From Pyrobaculum sp. 3827-6 (GTDB lineage Archaea; Thermoproteota; Thermoprotei; Thermoproteales; Thermoproteaceae): a stretch of DNA of 64,000 nt. The position numbers were made by a program, and so were the translations under genes. Each line of letters begins with the position of its first letter. Within the stretch, counting starts at the first letter, position 1. Under the pieces are notes generated by a model that saw nothing but the letters and a program-made list of their open reading frames with translations, made no database searches and was not told where the DNA came from. This document shows, piece by piece, positions 19,972 to 29,454 of this stretch. The stretch spans positions 1,200,547 to 1,264,546 of the forward strand of contig NZ_JAOTQN010000001.1 of assembly GCF_025641885.1 (NCBI RefSeq), given 5' to 3'.

Positions 19972-20440
19972 GCGCCAAATGCCTAAATACGCGGCGGGCT
20001 TTGAGACGGTAGTCCCCGACTCCGGGCAAGGCTCGGGGTGATCCGGAGGGGCACAGAGAAGCCAGGCTGAGGGAGACCCGGCTGTAGATAGCATCCGCCT
20101 TGGAGTTCCACGAGGAGGACCTCGCAGGTGGGTGGTTAGCAAGCCGTTTCTGATGTGGAATGTCAGCCGTACAATTCGTTGGGGAGAGGGATGGGTCAGC
20201 AAAGGAGTTGCGACCCCTACCCCCGAGAGCGGCAACCCATCAAAGCTACCGAGTTGTTATCTTCGGCGCCACGCGTCGTCTCGGTCGATCTCTACTGGCT
20301 TAACGGAGGCCGTGGGGCTAATGTTTCCCGTGCTTTACCCGGATGTGGAGGAGGGGGATCTGCCAAGCCGGCGGAGGTCTCTGGCGGCACGGCAATGCGG
20401 GGAGAGATATGGCCGATGTCAAAGTCTGGGCCGTCTTTGT

Positions 20441-21355
20441 CTACTGTTCCTCCACCACGTAGTTTCGCAGTACGCCGATCTTTTCCACCTCGGCCTCCAC
20501 CACGTCGCCTCCCTTTAGGAATTTTCCTTTGGCCCAGCCGACGCCGGGCGGCGTGCCGGTGAATATCATGTCTCCCGGCTTCAGCGTTATGCCCTGGGAG
20601 GCCCAGTGTATGAGTTGTTGTACGTTGAAGATAAGCTCTGAGGTGTTGCCCACCTGCTCAAGATTGCCATTAACCCAAAGCCTAAGCCCAAGCCTGTTGG
20701 GGTCAGTCACCTCGTCCTTAGTGACGATGTACGGCCCCACTGGAGCTGCGGTGTCCATGGACTTCCCCCATATCCAGTTCTTTCCGTACTGCCTCGCCGT
20801 CTTCTCGTCGGGGTTCTGCCAGTCACGCATAGATACGTCCACCCCAACTGCGTATCCGAAGACGTAGTCCAGGGCCTTTTCGGGGGGTATGTACTTCCCC
20901 GCTTTGCCCATCACCACCACCAGCTCCACCTCCCAATCCATCTTCTGCACCACCCGGTGCTTAACGATCGGTTGCTCGTGGCCCACCAGGGCGTTGGGAA
21001 ATTTGGGGAAGAAGTAGGGCCTCTCCGGCGGCTCCATGCCCGTCTCGGCGCCGTGGGCTTTGTAGTTCACAGCCACCGCAAATATCTTCTCTGGGTTCGG
21101 CACCGGGGGGTCCCACGTTATCTCCTTCGCGCCGAGCCTAGCCTCGGCGGGGGCTCTGCGGGCTAGGTAATCAACGACGTCCAGGGCGGGCCTCCCCACG
21201 GCTATGAGCTTCCTCATGTCGTACAGAAACTCCGGCGCCTCGTAGGCGTCGTACACAGCCAGATACGCCTTCGGCAGGTCCAGAATCTCGCCGTCTAGGA
21301 AAAGACCCACCTTTCTCACATCCCCTTTTCTAAACGTTAACAATTTCATGAGCAA
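20441..21355 (-). CDS. Fumarylacetoacetate hydrolase (FAH) family protein
   Basis: 304 aa with an FAH-fold C-terminal domain (GDMIFTGTPPGVG, metal-binding E/D residues). Confidence 0.8.
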   Translation of the reverse strand: MLMKLLTFRKGDVRKVGLFLDGEILDLPKAYLAVYDAYEAPEFLYDMRKLIAVGRPALDVVDYLARRAPAEARLGAKEITWDPPVPNPEKIFAVAVNYKAHGAETGMEPPERPYFFPKFPNALVGHEQPIVKHRVVQKMDWEVELVVVMGKAGKYIPPEKALDYVFGYAVGVDVSMRDWQNPDEKTARQYGKNWIWGKSMDTAAPVGPYIVTKDEVTDPNRLGLRLWVNGNLEQVGNTSELIFNVQQLIHWASQGITLKPGDMIFTGTPPGVGWAKGKFLKGGDVVEAEVEKIGVLRNYVVEEQ

Positions 21356-21420
21356 CGGGACGTGTTGTAAACTAAAATTTTTCGGGAATACTTCTATCAG
21401 CGGATTTACGAGTTAAATAT

Positions 21421-22521
21421 CTAGCGAACCTCCACTCTAGAGAGTAGTAGGGATGTCAGCGCGGCCGTGGCGGCCACCACCGCGGCCGAGGCAATGAAGG
21501 GGGCGGTGGCCGATATTGTGGTGTAGAGGTAGCCGCCGATGGCCGGTCCGGCTATCCTGCCGAGGGTCCCCGCCGACTGCAACGCGCCGAGCTCCACGCC
21601 GGCACCTATCCTCGACGCCGCGGCGAATATAAAGGAAGACGCCACCACGCCGCCAAGCGACACCAACGCGGCGCCTATGTAGAGAACCGCCAGCGAGCTC
21701 GAGGCTAGGCTCAGCAGAAGCAGGCCCGTAGCCATGGTGGCCATGCCCAGCGGCGCGTTTTTCCCGGGGCTGGAGGACCTCTCGAGGCGTCTAACCACCG
21801 GCTGGGCCGCCCCGGCGGCTACGCCGGAGACGAGGAACAAGAGGCCTATCTGGAAGGGGGTCAGCCCCCGGGCGAAGGCCGAGAAGTAGGAGAGGAGAGC
21901 CTCGAACATAGACATGCCCAGGTTCAGCATGAGCACCGGCGCCGCTAGGAGGCCCACCGCAATTTCAAAACCCTGGCGCCGGGTTGGCCTGGCGTTGGGC
22001 AACCTAGCCACCGCGGCGCCCGCCAGGGCGTAGAGCACCGCCGAGGCGAGGAACGGCAACCGGGCGTGTAGCGTGCCTAAAGCGCCCCCGATGGCGGGCC
22101 CCGCGACGAAGCCGACGCCGAAGGCTATGCCGAATAGCGCCATGGCGGAGGCCCTGCGATCACTCGGCGTGAGATCCGCTATCCAAGCCTGGAGCGCTGC
22201 CAGGGTGCCGCCCCCCACGCCGGCCAGCGCCCTGCCGAGGGCCAGCTGGGCGAGGCTTTGGGCGGCGTAGGCAACGGCTTGGCCTGCGGCTCCGAGGGCT
22301 AGGCCAGCCGCCACCACGGGGGCCCTGCCTATCTTGTCGGAGACGTAGCCCCATAGAGGCGCCGTGACGAACTGCATTAGGGAGAATAGGGACACCAGCA
22401 GACCCTGAGCCGCCGCGTCGCCCCCCAGCTCCCTTAGGAGGAAGGGCATCGCGGGTAGTATTATGCCGAAGCCCAACATCTGCAGAGCAACCGCGCCCAG
22501 TAGCAGAAAGCGCGTCTCCAT
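21421..22521 (-). CDS. MFS transporter
   Basis: 366 aa, 12 TM helices, MFS motif GYVSDKIGRAP between TM2 and TM3. Confidence 0.8.
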   Translation of the reverse strand: METRFLLLGAVALQMLGFGIILPAMPFLLRELGGDAAAQGLLVSLFSLMQFVTAPLWGYVSDKIGRAPVVAAGLALGAAGQAVAYAAQSLAQLALGRALAGVGGGTLAALQAWIADLTPSDRRASAMALFGIAFGVGFVAGPAIGGALGTLHARLPFLASAVLYALAGAAVARLPNARPTRRQGFEIAVGLLAAPVLMLNLGMSMFEALLSYFSAFARGLTPFQIGLLFLVSGVAAGAAQPVVRRLERSSSPGKNAPLGMATMATGLLLLSLASSSLAVLYIGAALVSLGGVVASSFIFAAASRIGAGVELGALQSAGTLGRIAGPAIGGYLYTTISATAPFIASAAVVAATAALTSLLLSRVEVR

Positions 22522-22605
22522 GCCGGCTGATGGACATGGATATTAAAGTGTAGAACCGGCGCGGTGGCGGGGGACGCGACTACGCCGTACGGAAGACTTA
22601 TAACC

Positions 22606-22962
22606 ATGGAGGGCGGTGTTTTTGTGAAGGCGCTGGTGCATGTGGATAGAGAGGATTTGACCGCCATGAATATCGCTCTTTCTAATATCGAGAATCTGCT
22701 GGCGGCGGCGCCGGGGGCGGAGGTTGCGGTGGTGGCTAACGGCAACGCCGTGATATTCTTCACACAACACGCCCCTAGCCACGTCAAGGAGAGACTCACC
22801 GCGCTGGCGGCGAGAGGCGTGAAGTTCTATATATGCAACAACTCCCTCAGAACACACGGAATCGACCACGGGGAGTTACTACCCTTCGCCGAGGTTGTAC
22901 CCGCCGGCATAGTAAAAATACTAGAGCTCCAGTCATCGGACTACCTCTACGTAAAGCCCTAA
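22606..22962 (+). CDS. DsrE/DsrF-like sulfur-relay family protein (tentative)
   Basis: About 118 aa from the internal Met. The fold-level pattern of DsrE/DsrF-like proteins is present (VKALVHVD..., VAVVANGNAV). This is a low-specificity call. Confidence 0.4.
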   Translation: MEGGVFVKALVHVDREDLTAMNIALSNIENLLAAAPGAEVAVVANGNAVIFFTQHAPSHVKERLTALAARGVKFYICNNSLRTHGIDHGELLPFAEVVPAGIVKILELQSSDYLYVKP

Positions 22963-23037
22963 ATAAGCTGGGCACAGGCGCCGCGCGGCCCGCGGCGCCG
23001 GGCTCGCAGTACATTTTTATGTACAATTCAATAACGT

Positions 23038-23765
23038 CATGGACAGGCTGAGGGGTAAGAGGATCTTCGTGGGGGGCGTGGGGCCTGGGCTGGGTTCGGC
23101 TGTTGTATACCTAGCTCTGTCGGAGGGTGCCGGGGTTGTACGCCGCGGCGCGTAGTAGAGACTTTCTAGAGCGGCTTAGACGCGAGTTTTCTAGATTCGG
23201 CGAGCTCCACATAGGCGCCTACGACTTGTCGAGGCCCGAGGGCGCCGAAGCCGCCGTGGCAGACGCAGTTGCCAAGCTCGGGGGCCTGGACGGCGTGGTG
23301 GTGACGGCCGGGGGCTACGCCGAGACGCCGATAGAGGAGCTGGACCCCTCCGCGCTGGAGGACCTCCTCTCCCGCAACTTGAAGGCCCATCTCTACGTGG
23401 TCAAGGCGGCTACCAAGCATCTGAAGCCGGGATCCTCCATAGTCCTAGTCACGGCGGTGGGCGGGGCGTACCCCGCCTGGCTTACGAGGAATGTGGCGTA
23501 TGTCGCCTCCAAGGCGGCGTTGGCTAGAGCTGTGGAGTCCCTCGCCGCGGAGCTGATTGACAAGGGGATTAGGGTAAACGGCGTGGCGCCCGGCGGGATG
23601 AGCAAAGACTTTACGCCCGGCGGAGCGGCGAGGCGGCCACCCCTCGGCGCCCCCCAGGCGCCGCCAGAAGAGGTGGCCCGGGTAGTCATATGGCTACTCA
23701 CTGAAGAGTCTTACTGGGTAAATGGGGCAGTAATCCCGGCAGACGGAGGCCGGAGGCTAACCTGA
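23038..23765 (+). pseudogene. Short-chain dehydrogenase/reductase (SDR), frameshifted near 23125
   Basis: The N-terminal Rossmann segment MDRLRGKRIFVGGVGPGLGSAVVYLALSEGAGVV ends in a stop. The remainder continues in another frame (23127..23765) with SDR motifs (YVASKAAL = YxxxK, NGVAPG). Confidence 0.55.
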
Positions 23766-23876
23766 CGTGAACCCAGCGGCGAGGTCTACACAGCCCCTAT
23801 GCGATCTCCGCACGCTACCACAGCCAGCCCCCCGTAGTGGGCAAGGCAGAGCAGGGCTCTTGTGGATCTTCCCAGT

Positions 23877-24578
23877 CTATAGAGGCCTAGGCGGGGTGCT
23901 TGTCTGCGGCTGTGGAGTTTGTGGGGCTGGAGGTGTCCACTCGGAGGCCTCTTTGTAAGCCAGCATCTCAACTACGTACTGCACGAGGAGGACTATAGCC
24001 CCCAAGATGCCGATGTAGGGTATTATACTTAATACGAGCCCTATTATGAGGAGTATATATGCCGTGTGGAATTTCCCAATACCTGTGTGTCTATACATGT
24101 TGCTAAGGAAGAGTATGTGGGCTATGGTTAGGAATATCCCAAAGGCGCCGAGGATTATGAGCATAACAAGCGCGGGGGCTAGGATGGACCATATCCGCTC
24201 GCCGGTGATTGGCCCCCGGTCAATTGACTGCGCATGCGTCAACGCGGCCAGCGCCAGCACGACTATGGTGGCAATTCCCAGCACAGCCTCTATTATGGGC
24301 CCCCAAGCCATCCACCACGCCCAGCCTATGCCTATCCTGTGTAGCGCCATGTAGCCTCTGAAGAGGTAGAGAAAAAATATGAGGACGCCGGCTATTATGA
24401 AGGCCACCACCTCCCCCGCGAGTAGAGCCACCGCGGGTGCCAAAGCGCTGGGGGAGTTTGTCAATGGTAAGAAAGCGGCGAGGACTGTGACAATAACGGC
24501 GGCAATGGCGACAATAGCTAGAATTAATGAATATAGATACCCTCTGTACAGCAGTTTATTTGCTTCTCGAAACTCCAT
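23877..24578 (-). CDS. Membrane protein (archaeal multi-TM family)
   Basis: 233 aa with six hydrophobic helices and a Pro/Thr/Gln-rich C-terminal tail. Confidence 0.5.
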   Translation of the reverse strand: MEFREANKLLYRGYLYSLILAIVAIAAVIVTVLAAFLPLTNSPSALAPAVALLAGEVVAFIIAGVLIFFLYLFRGYMALHRIGIGWAWWMAWGPIIEAVLGIATIVVLALAALTHAQSIDRGPITGERIWSILAPALVMLIILGAFGIFLTIAHILFLSNMYRHTGIGKFHTAYILLIIGLVLSIIPYIGILGAIVLLVQYVVEMLAYKEASEWTPPAPQTPQPQTSTPPRPL

Positions 24579-24841
24579 AAAAAATCACGACGGCGCCAAT
24601 ATAAAACTTTAAACTCTAATATTGACGGCACCGCGACGGCATGTTAAGCCTCCTGCGCCGATGCAAGGGTTTTTAAAGCCGTGGAGATTTATATGAGTTA
24701 ATTGGTAAATACTAGACGTGTTTAAACTGAGGACTATAGCTGTGGTGGGGCGTCGAGGGATCCCTCTAAGTGGGCCCACGTGGCTGTACAGCCTCCCTCC
24801 GCAGGAGACTAAGGCGTGTGCGTAGCCCTCGTTCCCCTCGG

Positions 24842-25340
24842 CTAGGCGGAAGTCGGCCAGATCGCGGGTGTAGTAAATCCCCCGGTTGTGGCAACAAGCA
24901 AGAGACCGCCGGCCGGGAGCAGGTTGTGCTGGACGTGTTTAAACCTCAGCGGCTTGAGTTCCTCTAGGCTAGGCCCCGTCAGCATATGCCCGACCTCGAC
25001 GGCGGCGACTAGGGCGTCCCCGAAGCTCGCCATGTCGGTCACGTGCGGCGGGCCGTGGGGGAAATACCAGCCTAGCTCCTTCGCCAGCCCGCGGAGGTCG
25101 ACCTCCTTATTGGCGGCCAGATCCAGCAACACGGGCCCCTCCAGCGAGGCGTAGAGCCGGCCCTCCAGCTGGACTAGCCGCCAGCAGGACCGTTTGTACA
25201 CCTTCTCCTCGGTGGGTAGTCTGTAGATCTCCTCCCACGCGCAGACGTAGTCCTCGAAGAGGTCGTTTACGTCATTGCCGCGGCAACAGAAGAGCTCCCC
25301 GTCGCGGTGTATCTGGGAGGTGCCGCCGCAGGATTGGCTT
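24842..25340 (-). CDS. Hypothetical protein (possibly a fragment, no ATG start)
   Basis: The ORF extends upstream of the track's GTG start to a stop near 25343. Sequence is protein-like (...NDVNDLFEDYVCAWEEIYRLPTEEK...). No family recognised. Confidence 0.3.
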
Positions 25341-25395
25341 GTCGAATTCTGTTCTTATGTGACTGAGTTTTTTATCATACCTCCGGTGTGAATCT

Positions 25396-25956
25396 GTGCA
25401 GATCTTCCGCCCGTATGTGGATCACCGCAGGTCGGCCGCGTTTTTAGACGACTTGAGGCTTGGTAAGCAGAGGGTTGAGGCTAAGCAGGTGATTAAGGTG
25501 ATTCTGCGTAGGCTTGGGCTTATCAACGACGGGAGGAGGGGGTGGTGGAACCACCCCATCGTCTTGATGTACTTCAACGGCGGGGAGCCGTACATCGAGG
25601 ATTTGGTGAAGTACTTCGACGCCGTGGTGGAGGAGTGGGGTGGGAGGGGCCGCAGGAGCTCTCTCGGCCTCGGCGACCTCGCGCCGTATCTCGAAAAGGT
25701 GAGGGGGGCCAGCGGCACGCCTATTACCCACGTCCACGAGGTGGAGTACAGGAGGGTCCTCCTGCTGAAAGAACCGTGCTTCTACCTCAAAAAGCTGTCG
25801 CCGCAGGAGCTTGAGGAGGTGTTTGAGACTGAGCCCGTGCCTATAAACGGCGTCAACACCTGGCTGTTTAAACGCTATGAGAGGTACAGGGAGTTCGTCG
25901 CGGGGCTGAGGAGGGGCGAGGTTGACTGCCGCCCCCTATTTGAACACGACCGCTAG
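25396..25956 (+). CDS. Pyrimidine-dimer DNA glycosylase-like protein (T4 endoV / Pyr_excise family), tentative
   Basis: The N-terminus MQIFRPYVDHRRSAAFLDDLRLGKQRVEAKQVIKVILRRLGLINDGRRGWWNHPIVLMYF matches the characteristic start of this family (M.i..P.y.D...L.d.RL..qr.E...v...L.....GY.NHP...f). Confidence 0.45.
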   Translation: MQIFRPYVDHRRSAAFLDDLRLGKQRVEAKQVIKVILRRLGLINDGRRGWWNHPIVLMYFNGGEPYIEDLVKYFDAVVEEWGGRGRRSSLGLGDLAPYLEKVRGASGTPITHVHEVEYRRVLLLKEPCFYLKKLSPQELEEVFETEPVPINGVNTWLFKRYERYREFVAGLRRGEVDCRPLFEHDR

Positions 25957-25982
25957 CCCGCGGCCCGGAGGCGCGAGACCTC

Positions 25983-26384
25983 TCAGCGGCGCGTCAAGAT
26001 CTGGGCCGCGGTTAGACAGCGCGCGGCGGCTTGGCAGAGCTTGCCGTCCTCCGTGACGAGGGGGGCGTCGAGGGACTCGGCCAGCCAGAGGTACACCGCG
26101 TCGTAGTAGGTAAGCCCTCTTCTGGTTGCTATGTCTAGCACCTCGTCTCTAAGCCCCACGCCGTGCACCGTCATGTGTGCGAGGAGTTTCGTGAAGAACT
26201 CTGCATAGGGAGCTACGTCGTCTATAACCTCTCTCCTCCTGAGCTTCCATATGTAGTTGCCTATTTCGTAGTGGGCGAGGTCCGCCGTGTGCTGTCTCTT
26301 TAAAGCCGCGGGGGCCCTTCTAGGCGCGATTTCCACGATTTTGATTATTGCCGAGGCGTCGAATACGTAGCTACCTCCCTTCAC
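25983..26384 (-). CDS. vapC: PIN-domain toxin VapC
   Basis: 133 aa with conserved acidic residues at PIN positions (FDASAII, TYYDAVYL, LVTED). Confidence 0.8.
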   Translation of the reverse strand: MKGGSYVFDASAIIKIVEIAPRRAPAALKRQHTADLAHYEIGNYIWKLRRREVIDDVAPYAEFFTKLLAHMTVHGVGLRDEVLDIATRRGLTYYDAVYLWLAESLDAPLVTEDGKLCQAAARCLTAAQILTRR

Positions 26385-26619
26385 GATCCTCCCTCACGCT
26401 CCGCGCCGCGTAGTCCTCTCCAAGCTCCGCGCTGGCTTTTCTAAGGCCCTCGGCCACCCTTACGGCAAGCTCCGACAGCTCTTCAAGCTCTCTTTTTTCA
26501 ACCTCTTCTTCCAGCGCCTTTCTGAGGACTTGGGATATGTTTATGCCGTATTTCCTCGCCTTCTCTACGACGTCGCGCCTCACTTTTGTAGACACGGTAA
26601 CCCAGCCCACGTCTACCAA
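26371..26619 (-). CDS. vapB: VapB-like antitoxin (RHH/CopG-type)
   Basis: 82 aa immediately upstream of vapC and overlapping it by 14 nt. Charged helical C-terminus. Confidence 0.6.
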   Translation of the reverse strand: MVDVGWVTVSTKVRRDVVEKARKYGINISQVLRKALEEEVEKRELEELSELAVRVAEGLRKASAELGEDYAARSVREDREGR

Positions 26620-27083
26620 AGATGTAGCTATTTAAAAGCCTACCGCGAGAGGAGTATTTATAGCTGGGGCGTAAACTCCGCGTGGTTGAGGTGTTGGTGT
26701 GGTGGGTAGTCTTCACGGTAGCGCTCTGGGTATTGCTGAGCCTGCTGGCTGGGAGGGCGGTGAACCCTCTGGGGGTTTTCCTAGGCGTCGTCTTGGCCCC
26801 AGTTGCCTTTCTAGTCGCCGCTGTCGTTGTCGGCTTCTTGGCGGTCGCTCTCGGCGTGTTTATCTGGCCGCTACTGGTGCTCGCCCCCTTCGCGGCGTTG
26901 CTCGCCGGGTTTCTAGCGGCGCTTTTCGTAGTGTCAGCCCTGGCCGGCGTAGACATGGTAAGGGCCTTCATCGCCCTGCTCCTAGCCACAGTCCTCCTCC
27001 TTGTGCTGAGCGGCTTGCTGTGGCACTCGCCGCTTCCGCCCAGGCTCCCTCTTCATTTTTAAACCCGGTGGTCGTGTCCGTGG

Positions 27084-27497
27084 GTGGCCGATAGAGAGAG
27101 AGCAGAGAGAGTTCTATGGGAGTTGAGGCGGACTTTGAGGCTTATGGAACGTATGTTGGAGAGGCCAGTTGACGAGTTTGTTAATGACGACGAGGCTGTC
27201 TACGCACTTAGGTATGCAGTGGTGGAGTTTGTCGAGGCGGCGGCTCAAGTGGGTCTGCTCCTCGCGCGTAGGGCGGGGGCCAGGCCCGGTAGCTACGGCG
27301 AGGTGTTCGACGTGCTGGGCGATCTCGGGGTAATCTCAAGGGATCTAGCCGTAGCCATGAGGAAGTTTGTCTCTCTCCGAAACCTGCTGGTCCACAGGTA
27401 TTGGGAGGTGGATGATAGGCGGATGTTTACAGAGCTCAAGGAGGGGGGCGCGGCGGCTTTGAAAAAATTTATCGAGGCTGTGGAGAGGCATGTTTAG
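27084..27497 (+). CDS. HEPN-domain protein (DUF86/HepT-like)
   Basis: Rx4HxY motif LRNLLVHRYWEV near the C-terminus. 137 aa. Confidence 0.75.
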   Translation: MADRERAERVLWELRRTLRLMERMLERPVDEFVNDDEAVYALRYAVVEFVEAAAQVGLLLARRAGARPGSYGEVFDVLGDLGVISRDLAVAMRKFVSLRNLLVHRYWEVDDRRMFTELKEGGAAALKKFIEAVERHV

Positions 27498-27882
27498 GTG
27501 GTTTGAGCTGAGCGGCGAGGAGAGGCGGCGCGTGGTTGAGACTTTGAGAAGGGAGCTGGAGGGCGATGCCGGTATTGCATTCGCCTTTGTCTTTGGTAGC
27601 TTTGTCGAGGGGGGGCCTTTTAGAGATGTGGACGTCGGCATCTACTTGAGGAGATCTCTCGACGTGCTTGAGGCTTATGCATACGCGGAGGAGCTCTCGG
27701 CGAGGCTCTCCAGGGCCGTTGCTCTACCCGTCGACGTCGTTGTGCTGAACTTCGCCCCCACCTGGCTGAGGAGGAGGGCGCTGAGGGGGCTGGAGCTGTT
27801 TGTAAAAGACGAGCTTCTCTGGGCCGCCGTGTGGGCCAGCGCCGTAGACGAAGAGGAGGGCCTCAGGCTCCATACGCAATAA
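27490..27882 (+). CDS. Minimal nucleotidyltransferase (MNT/MntA-like)
   Basis: GSxxxG...DxD motif FVFGSFVEGGPFRDVDVGIY. Overlaps the preceding HEPN gene by 8 nt. Confidence 0.75.
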   Translation: MFRWFELSGEERRRVVETLRRELEGDAGIAFAFVFGSFVEGGPFRDVDVGIYLRRSLDVLEAYAYAEELSARLSRAVALPVDVVVLNFAPTWLRRRALRGLELFVKDELLWAAVWASAVDEEEGLRLHTQ

Positions 27883-28003
27883 GACGACGCCTCCAACTCC
27901 GGCCTAGCCTCTCCGCCGCTCCCCCCTCCGGCGCTACTTAAACCGCGGCGCCAGGCAGAGTGCGCGCCGGCCCCCGCGGCGTGTTTAACGGCGCCGGTAT
28001 AGG

Positions 28004-28474
28004 CTAGTTGCCGGCTGTGTATGCACCTACAACCTTTTTCACATCTTCTACATATTGGCGGACTTTTTCCAGCTCTACCTTGAGCTCCTCGATGTCCACC
28101 ACGCCTTCGTAAAAAGCCTCTCCGTGCAGTATTTTATATCTAGCCATGTATCTATCTCTCAAGCCTAGATCCCTGACAACGGGGTGTCTCTTCTCCAGCT
28201 CTCTTAACATTACCCTCCTCTCGTAGTGGCTCATTGGCATCTTCCCCGCCAGCGCCAGTATCAACGCGTTTGTAGCCTGCACCACCGCGTTGCACGCCTT
28301 CTCGGCGGCGTCTCTCACCAAGATTCTATCCCCCTTAACCACAGCCTCGCCGAACTCCCCCTCCGCGGCCCGCGCGAAAGCCTCAGCGTCTTCAATCAGC
28401 TCCTTAACCCTGCCTGCAACGCCCAATTGCACGCCACATTCCCACTTCAGGTATATAATCTCACCGCTCCTCAA
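28004..28474 (-). CDS. Helical protein, PaREP1-related or HEPN-like
   Basis: 156 aa with DAAEKACNAVVQATNALILALAG resembling the PaREP1 core, and a C-terminal RYKILHGE (Rx4H). Confidence 0.35.
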   Translation of the reverse strand: MRSGEIIYLKWECGVQLGVAGRVKELIEDAEAFARAAEGEFGEAVVKGDRILVRDAAEKACNAVVQATNALILALAGKMPMSHYERRVMLRELEKRHPVVRDLGLRDRYMARYKILHGEAFYEGVVDIEELKVELEKVRQYVEDVKKVVGAYTAGN

Positions 28475-28632
28475 CCTTTTCTAAATCCCATAGCCTCAGA
28501 CCTGCTCGACCGTTTACCGCCAGCCTGGTTTCTCAGCCGCAACTTTATTACCCCCACGTGGCGGTGATGTTTTAAGCATCTCTGAAATGTGTATTGAGTC
28601 TTATCTCGCCGCGAGTATATCGGTAATGCGGT

Positions 28633-29046
28633 GTGGATATGAGGGAGGAGGCTCTTGTCTGGTTTAGAGAGACCGTGAAGGGCTGCCTAACGGCGAAGAT
28701 GTTGCTTGAGGCTGGTGTTTTCCACTCACGTGCATTTTTCTCCCACCAGGCGGCGGAAAAGGCTTTGAAGTCTCTTTTCTTCGTGCTGGCTAGGAAAGAG
28801 CCGCCTAAGCGGCACAACCTCCTAGAGCTGTACAGAGAGCTAAGGCGATACGGAGTGGAGCTCTCCCCCCAGCTAGTGGAGGGCCTCGCCGTGGTGACGA
28901 AGTACTACGCCACGTCCCGCTACCCAGACGCCGCGGGAGGCCCTCCCTCTGAGCTCTTCACGAAGAGAGAGGCTGAATACGCCCTTGAGGTTGCGAGAGA
29001 GTTGATAAGGCTGGCGTCCCTGACTTATGGAGAGGAGGGTTGCTGA
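28633..29046 (+). CDS. HEPN-domain protein (classical HEPN)
   Basis: SHQAAEKALKSLFFVL...PKRHNLLELY matches the HEPN PF05168-type core. Confidence 0.75.
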   Translation: MDMREEALVWFRETVKGCLTAKMLLEAGVFHSRAFFSHQAAEKALKSLFFVLARKEPPKRHNLLELYRELRRYGVELSPQLVEGLAVVTKYYATSRYPDAAGGPPSELFTKREAEYALEVARELIRLASLTYGEEGC

Positions 29047-29347
29047 CGTCGTTCAGAAATTTGTGGAGGAGCTGAGGAGGGAGGGCATCGAGGTTGTGGC
29101 AGTCTACCTCTTCGGCTCCTGGGCGCGGGGGGACTGGCTGGTCGACAGCGACGTGGACTTGGTAATTGTGTCACCCCACTTCAGAGGCGTGCCCTGGCTC
29201 AAGAGGCTGGAGATGCTGGCTAGGATAGAGGCGCGGCTCGACCTTCCGTTGAGTCTAGACGTGTTGCCCTACACGCCGGAGGAGTTGGAAAAGGTCAAAT
29301 CCGCCGTCTTAAGAGACGCCTCCCGTTACTGGAGGCGTGTAGTATAG
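29027..29347 (+). CDS. Minimal nucleotidyltransferase (MNT)
   Basis: VYLFGSWARGDWLVDSDVDLVIV is the GSxxRG...DxD NTase motif. Overlaps the preceding HEPN gene. Confidence 0.8.
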   Translation: MERRVADVVQKFVEELRREGIEVVAVYLFGSWARGDWLVDSDVDLVIVSPHFRGVPWLKRLEMLARIEARLDLPLSLDVLPYTPEELEKVKSAVLRDASRYWRRVV

Positions 29348-29454
29348 CTAAAAACGCCGCGCCGGAGGCCGCAGAGTGGACCTCGGCGGCGCTCGGCGAG
29401 GTGAGAAAGGCGCAACGCGGCGGCGCCGAGCCAGCACGGGGCGCGCGACGCGCG

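Noticed and set aside
26498-27094. ORFs 26498..26989 (-), 26682..27062 (+), 26699..27094 (+)
   Set aside because: The minus-strand ORF is Thr/Ala/Lys low-complexity. The plus-strand 126-aa ORF is hydrophobic and could be a small membrane protein, but it overlaps the other two and has no independent support. Left unannotated.
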